Shown one piece after another: positions 62,475-64,000 of a DNA stretch of 64,000 nucleotides (position 1 is its first letter; each line of letters opens with the position of its first letter). Location: contig CAJVZD010000001.1 of the NCBI GenBank assembly GCA_913019905.1, forward strand, positions 42,176-106,175, given 5' to 3'. This DNA comes from an uncultured Cellvibrionales bacterium. GTDB lineage: Bacteria > Pseudomonadota > Gammaproteobacteria > Pseudomonadales > Dasaniaceae. The notes below the pieces were generated by a model that worked only from the letters and a program-made list of their open reading frames with translations, was not told where the DNA came from and did no database searches. Both the position numbers and the translations under genes were made by a program.

Positions 62475-63314
62475 ATGACTGAGAAGAAACGATTTAGCTT
62501 TGAGTTTTTCCCACCAAAAACCGATGTAGGTCGTGAAAAACTAAAAAATGTTCGCGCTGAACTAAACAAACTGGGACCCGATTTTTTCTCGGTAACTTAC
62601 GGCGCTGGCGGATCGACTCGAGACAACACCAAAGATATTGTCTTAGCGATGACTGCGGAAGGTATTTCCACAGCACCACATTTGTCCTTTGGTAGCGATG
62701 AAGAAGATTCTATTCTGGCATTGATAAAGGAATACAAGAACGCCGGTATTAACCGCATCGTAGCCTTACGCGGTGATATGCCTTCGGGAATGGGTGCACA
62801 ACGCTTGGTTTTTGCCAATGAGCTAGTGGAATTTATTCGCCGCGAAACTGGCGATCATTTTCATCTGGAAGTCGCTGCGTATCCCGAGATACATCCGGAC
62901 GCGGACAACTATTCTCAGGACATCGAATTTTTGAAGAGAAAGTTTGAGGCGGGAGCAGATAGCGCTATAACCCAATATTTTTATAACGCCGACGCTTATT
63001 TGTATTTTGTCGACCAATGTCAAAAAGCGGGTATCGACAAACCGATCTACCCAGGCATTATGCCCATTACCAATTTTCAAAACTTGGCTCGTTTTTCTAA
63101 AAATTGCGGCGCTGACATTCCTCGCTGGATCTGCAAAAAGCTAGAAAGCTTTAATGAAGACAAGGAAAGCATACACAACTTCGGTATTGAGGTGGTCACT
63201 AAACTCTGCGAAAACTTATTGGCTGCAGGGGCTCCGGGTTTCCATTTTTATACAATGAACCAGATCGAGCCCAATAAAACAATCTGGGAAAACTTGAGTT
63301 TGTCAGATCGTTGA
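62475..63314 (+). CDS. metF: 5,10-methylenetetrahydrofolate reductase
   Basis: SFEFFPPK, SVTYGAGGS, VALRGD, AAYPE, AITQYF, HFYTMN; start MTEKK at 62475. Confidence 0.97.
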   Translation: MTEKKRFSFEFFPPKTDVGREKLKNVRAELNKLGPDFFSVTYGAGGSTRDNTKDIVLAMTAEGISTAPHLSFGSDEEDSILALIKEYKNAGINRIVALRGDMPSGMGAQRLVFANELVEFIRRETGDHFHLEVAAYPEIHPDADNYSQDIEFLKRKFEAGADSAITQYFYNADAYLYFVDQCQKAGIDKPIYPGIMPITNFQNLARFSKNCGADIPRWICKKLESFNEDKESIHNFGIEVVTKLCENLLAAGAPGFHFYTMNQIEPNKTIWENLSLSDR

Positions 63315-63403
63315 TAGATTGAGCTACAATAGTCATCACTGAGCGGCCGTACCAATAAAAATGCGGCAATCTTGCACAAGGTGAACTCCTGAAACTTTTG
63401 TCT

Positions 63404-64000
63404 ATGCGAATACCAAGAATATTTACCGAACAGCCTCTGGCGGAAAATCTAAAAATAAAATTAGAAGAAAAGCCAAGTCAGCATCTCAGCAAAGTTTTAC
63501 GGTTGCAAGCGGGTGCCGAGCTGACTCTTTTTAATGGTAAAGGGGGGCAGTTTAGCGCCGTTATTGATGTCATCGAGAAAAAACATACCATCGCCATTAT
63601 TAACAAGTTTCAAGATATCAATCGAGAGTCGCCATTACATATTCATTTAGGTATCGCTGTATCTAAAGGTGACCGCATGGATTTCATCATGCAAAAAGCC
63701 ACCGAATTAGGCGTTAGCGCGATCTCTCCTGTGTTCTCCTCTCGATCCGAAGTAAAACTTAAAGCAGACCGAGCCGACAAAAAATTACAGCACTGGAAAC
63801 AAATTACCATTAGCGCCTGCGAGCAAAGTGGGCGAAATATACCGCCCGTCATTCATCCAATACAAAAGCTCGATGAATGGCTAAATGATTCAAAGGCAAC
63901 GATGAAATTTGTTCTACACCACCGCACCGACCAGTCTTTGAATCCAGCGGCAGCTATCAATGACGTTGATCTGTTAATCGGGCCCGAAGGCGGTCTCAGT
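63404..64000 (+). CDS. rsmE: 16S rRNA m3U1498 methyltransferase (runs off window)
   Basis: MRIPRIF, HLSKVLRL, SKGDRMDFIMQKATELG, ACEQSGR, LLIGPEGG; not in the ORF track. Confidence 0.95.
   Translation, partial: MRIPRIFTEQPLAENLKIKLEEKPSQHLSKVLRLQAGAELTLFNGKGGQFSAVIDVIEKKHTIAIINKFQDINRESPLHIHLGIAVSKGDRMDFIMQKATELGVSAISPVFSSRSEVKLKADRADKKLQHWKQITISACEQSGRNIPPVIHPIQKLDEWLNDSKATMKFVLHHRTDQSLNPAAAINDVDLLIGPEGGLS

Noticed and set aside
58591-63314. Functional link between the SAM-cycle operon and the speD operon
   Set aside because: About 45 kb apart; sahR-metK beside tkt is conserved core synteny and the operator motifs differ.
1-64000. CRISPR arrays, tRNA/rRNA, integrases, transposases and recognisable defence systems
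   Set aside because: No repeat-spacer periodicity, RNA-gene signatures or matching protein motifs were seen.

Overview
Gammaproteobacterial chromosomal window, by gene content and order probably a marine Cellvibrionales/Oceanospirillales-like organism (inference). No rRNA, tRNA, CRISPR array, prophage or intact transposase is visible. The right half is mostly conserved core: parE-cpdA-DUF1249/tolC, FAH-D2HGDH/serA, pyk, tkt-epd-pgk-fba, and the SahR-metK-ahcY-metF SAM cycle followed by rsmE. It also carries a sigma54 two-component system facing a MacAB-type exporter, whose -24/-12 promoter and paired enhancer sites can be read directly. The left half is accessory. Main leads: (1) a nine-gene operon (6556-13940) joining SAM decarboxylase and a membrane-fused aminopropyltransferase to a PspA/Yjf envelope module, a lipoprotein with a basic low-complexity tail ending GGK, a small RHH-like protein and a K+ channel, with a repeated GCCATAWTATGGC palindrome at two predicted promoters; (2) a single ORF fusing a degenerate Lgt-like membrane domain to an MSHA-type pilin with an internal prepilin cleavage site and a C-terminal Cys; (3) an adenylate cyclase-PilZ protein next to an Hpt-HD-GYP protein. 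Features missing from the ORF track were also found: an AraC 3' end, a YqaE/Pmp3 gene, rsmE, and a frameshifted nitroreductase remnant. All family calls come from motif recognition by eye; no searches were run.
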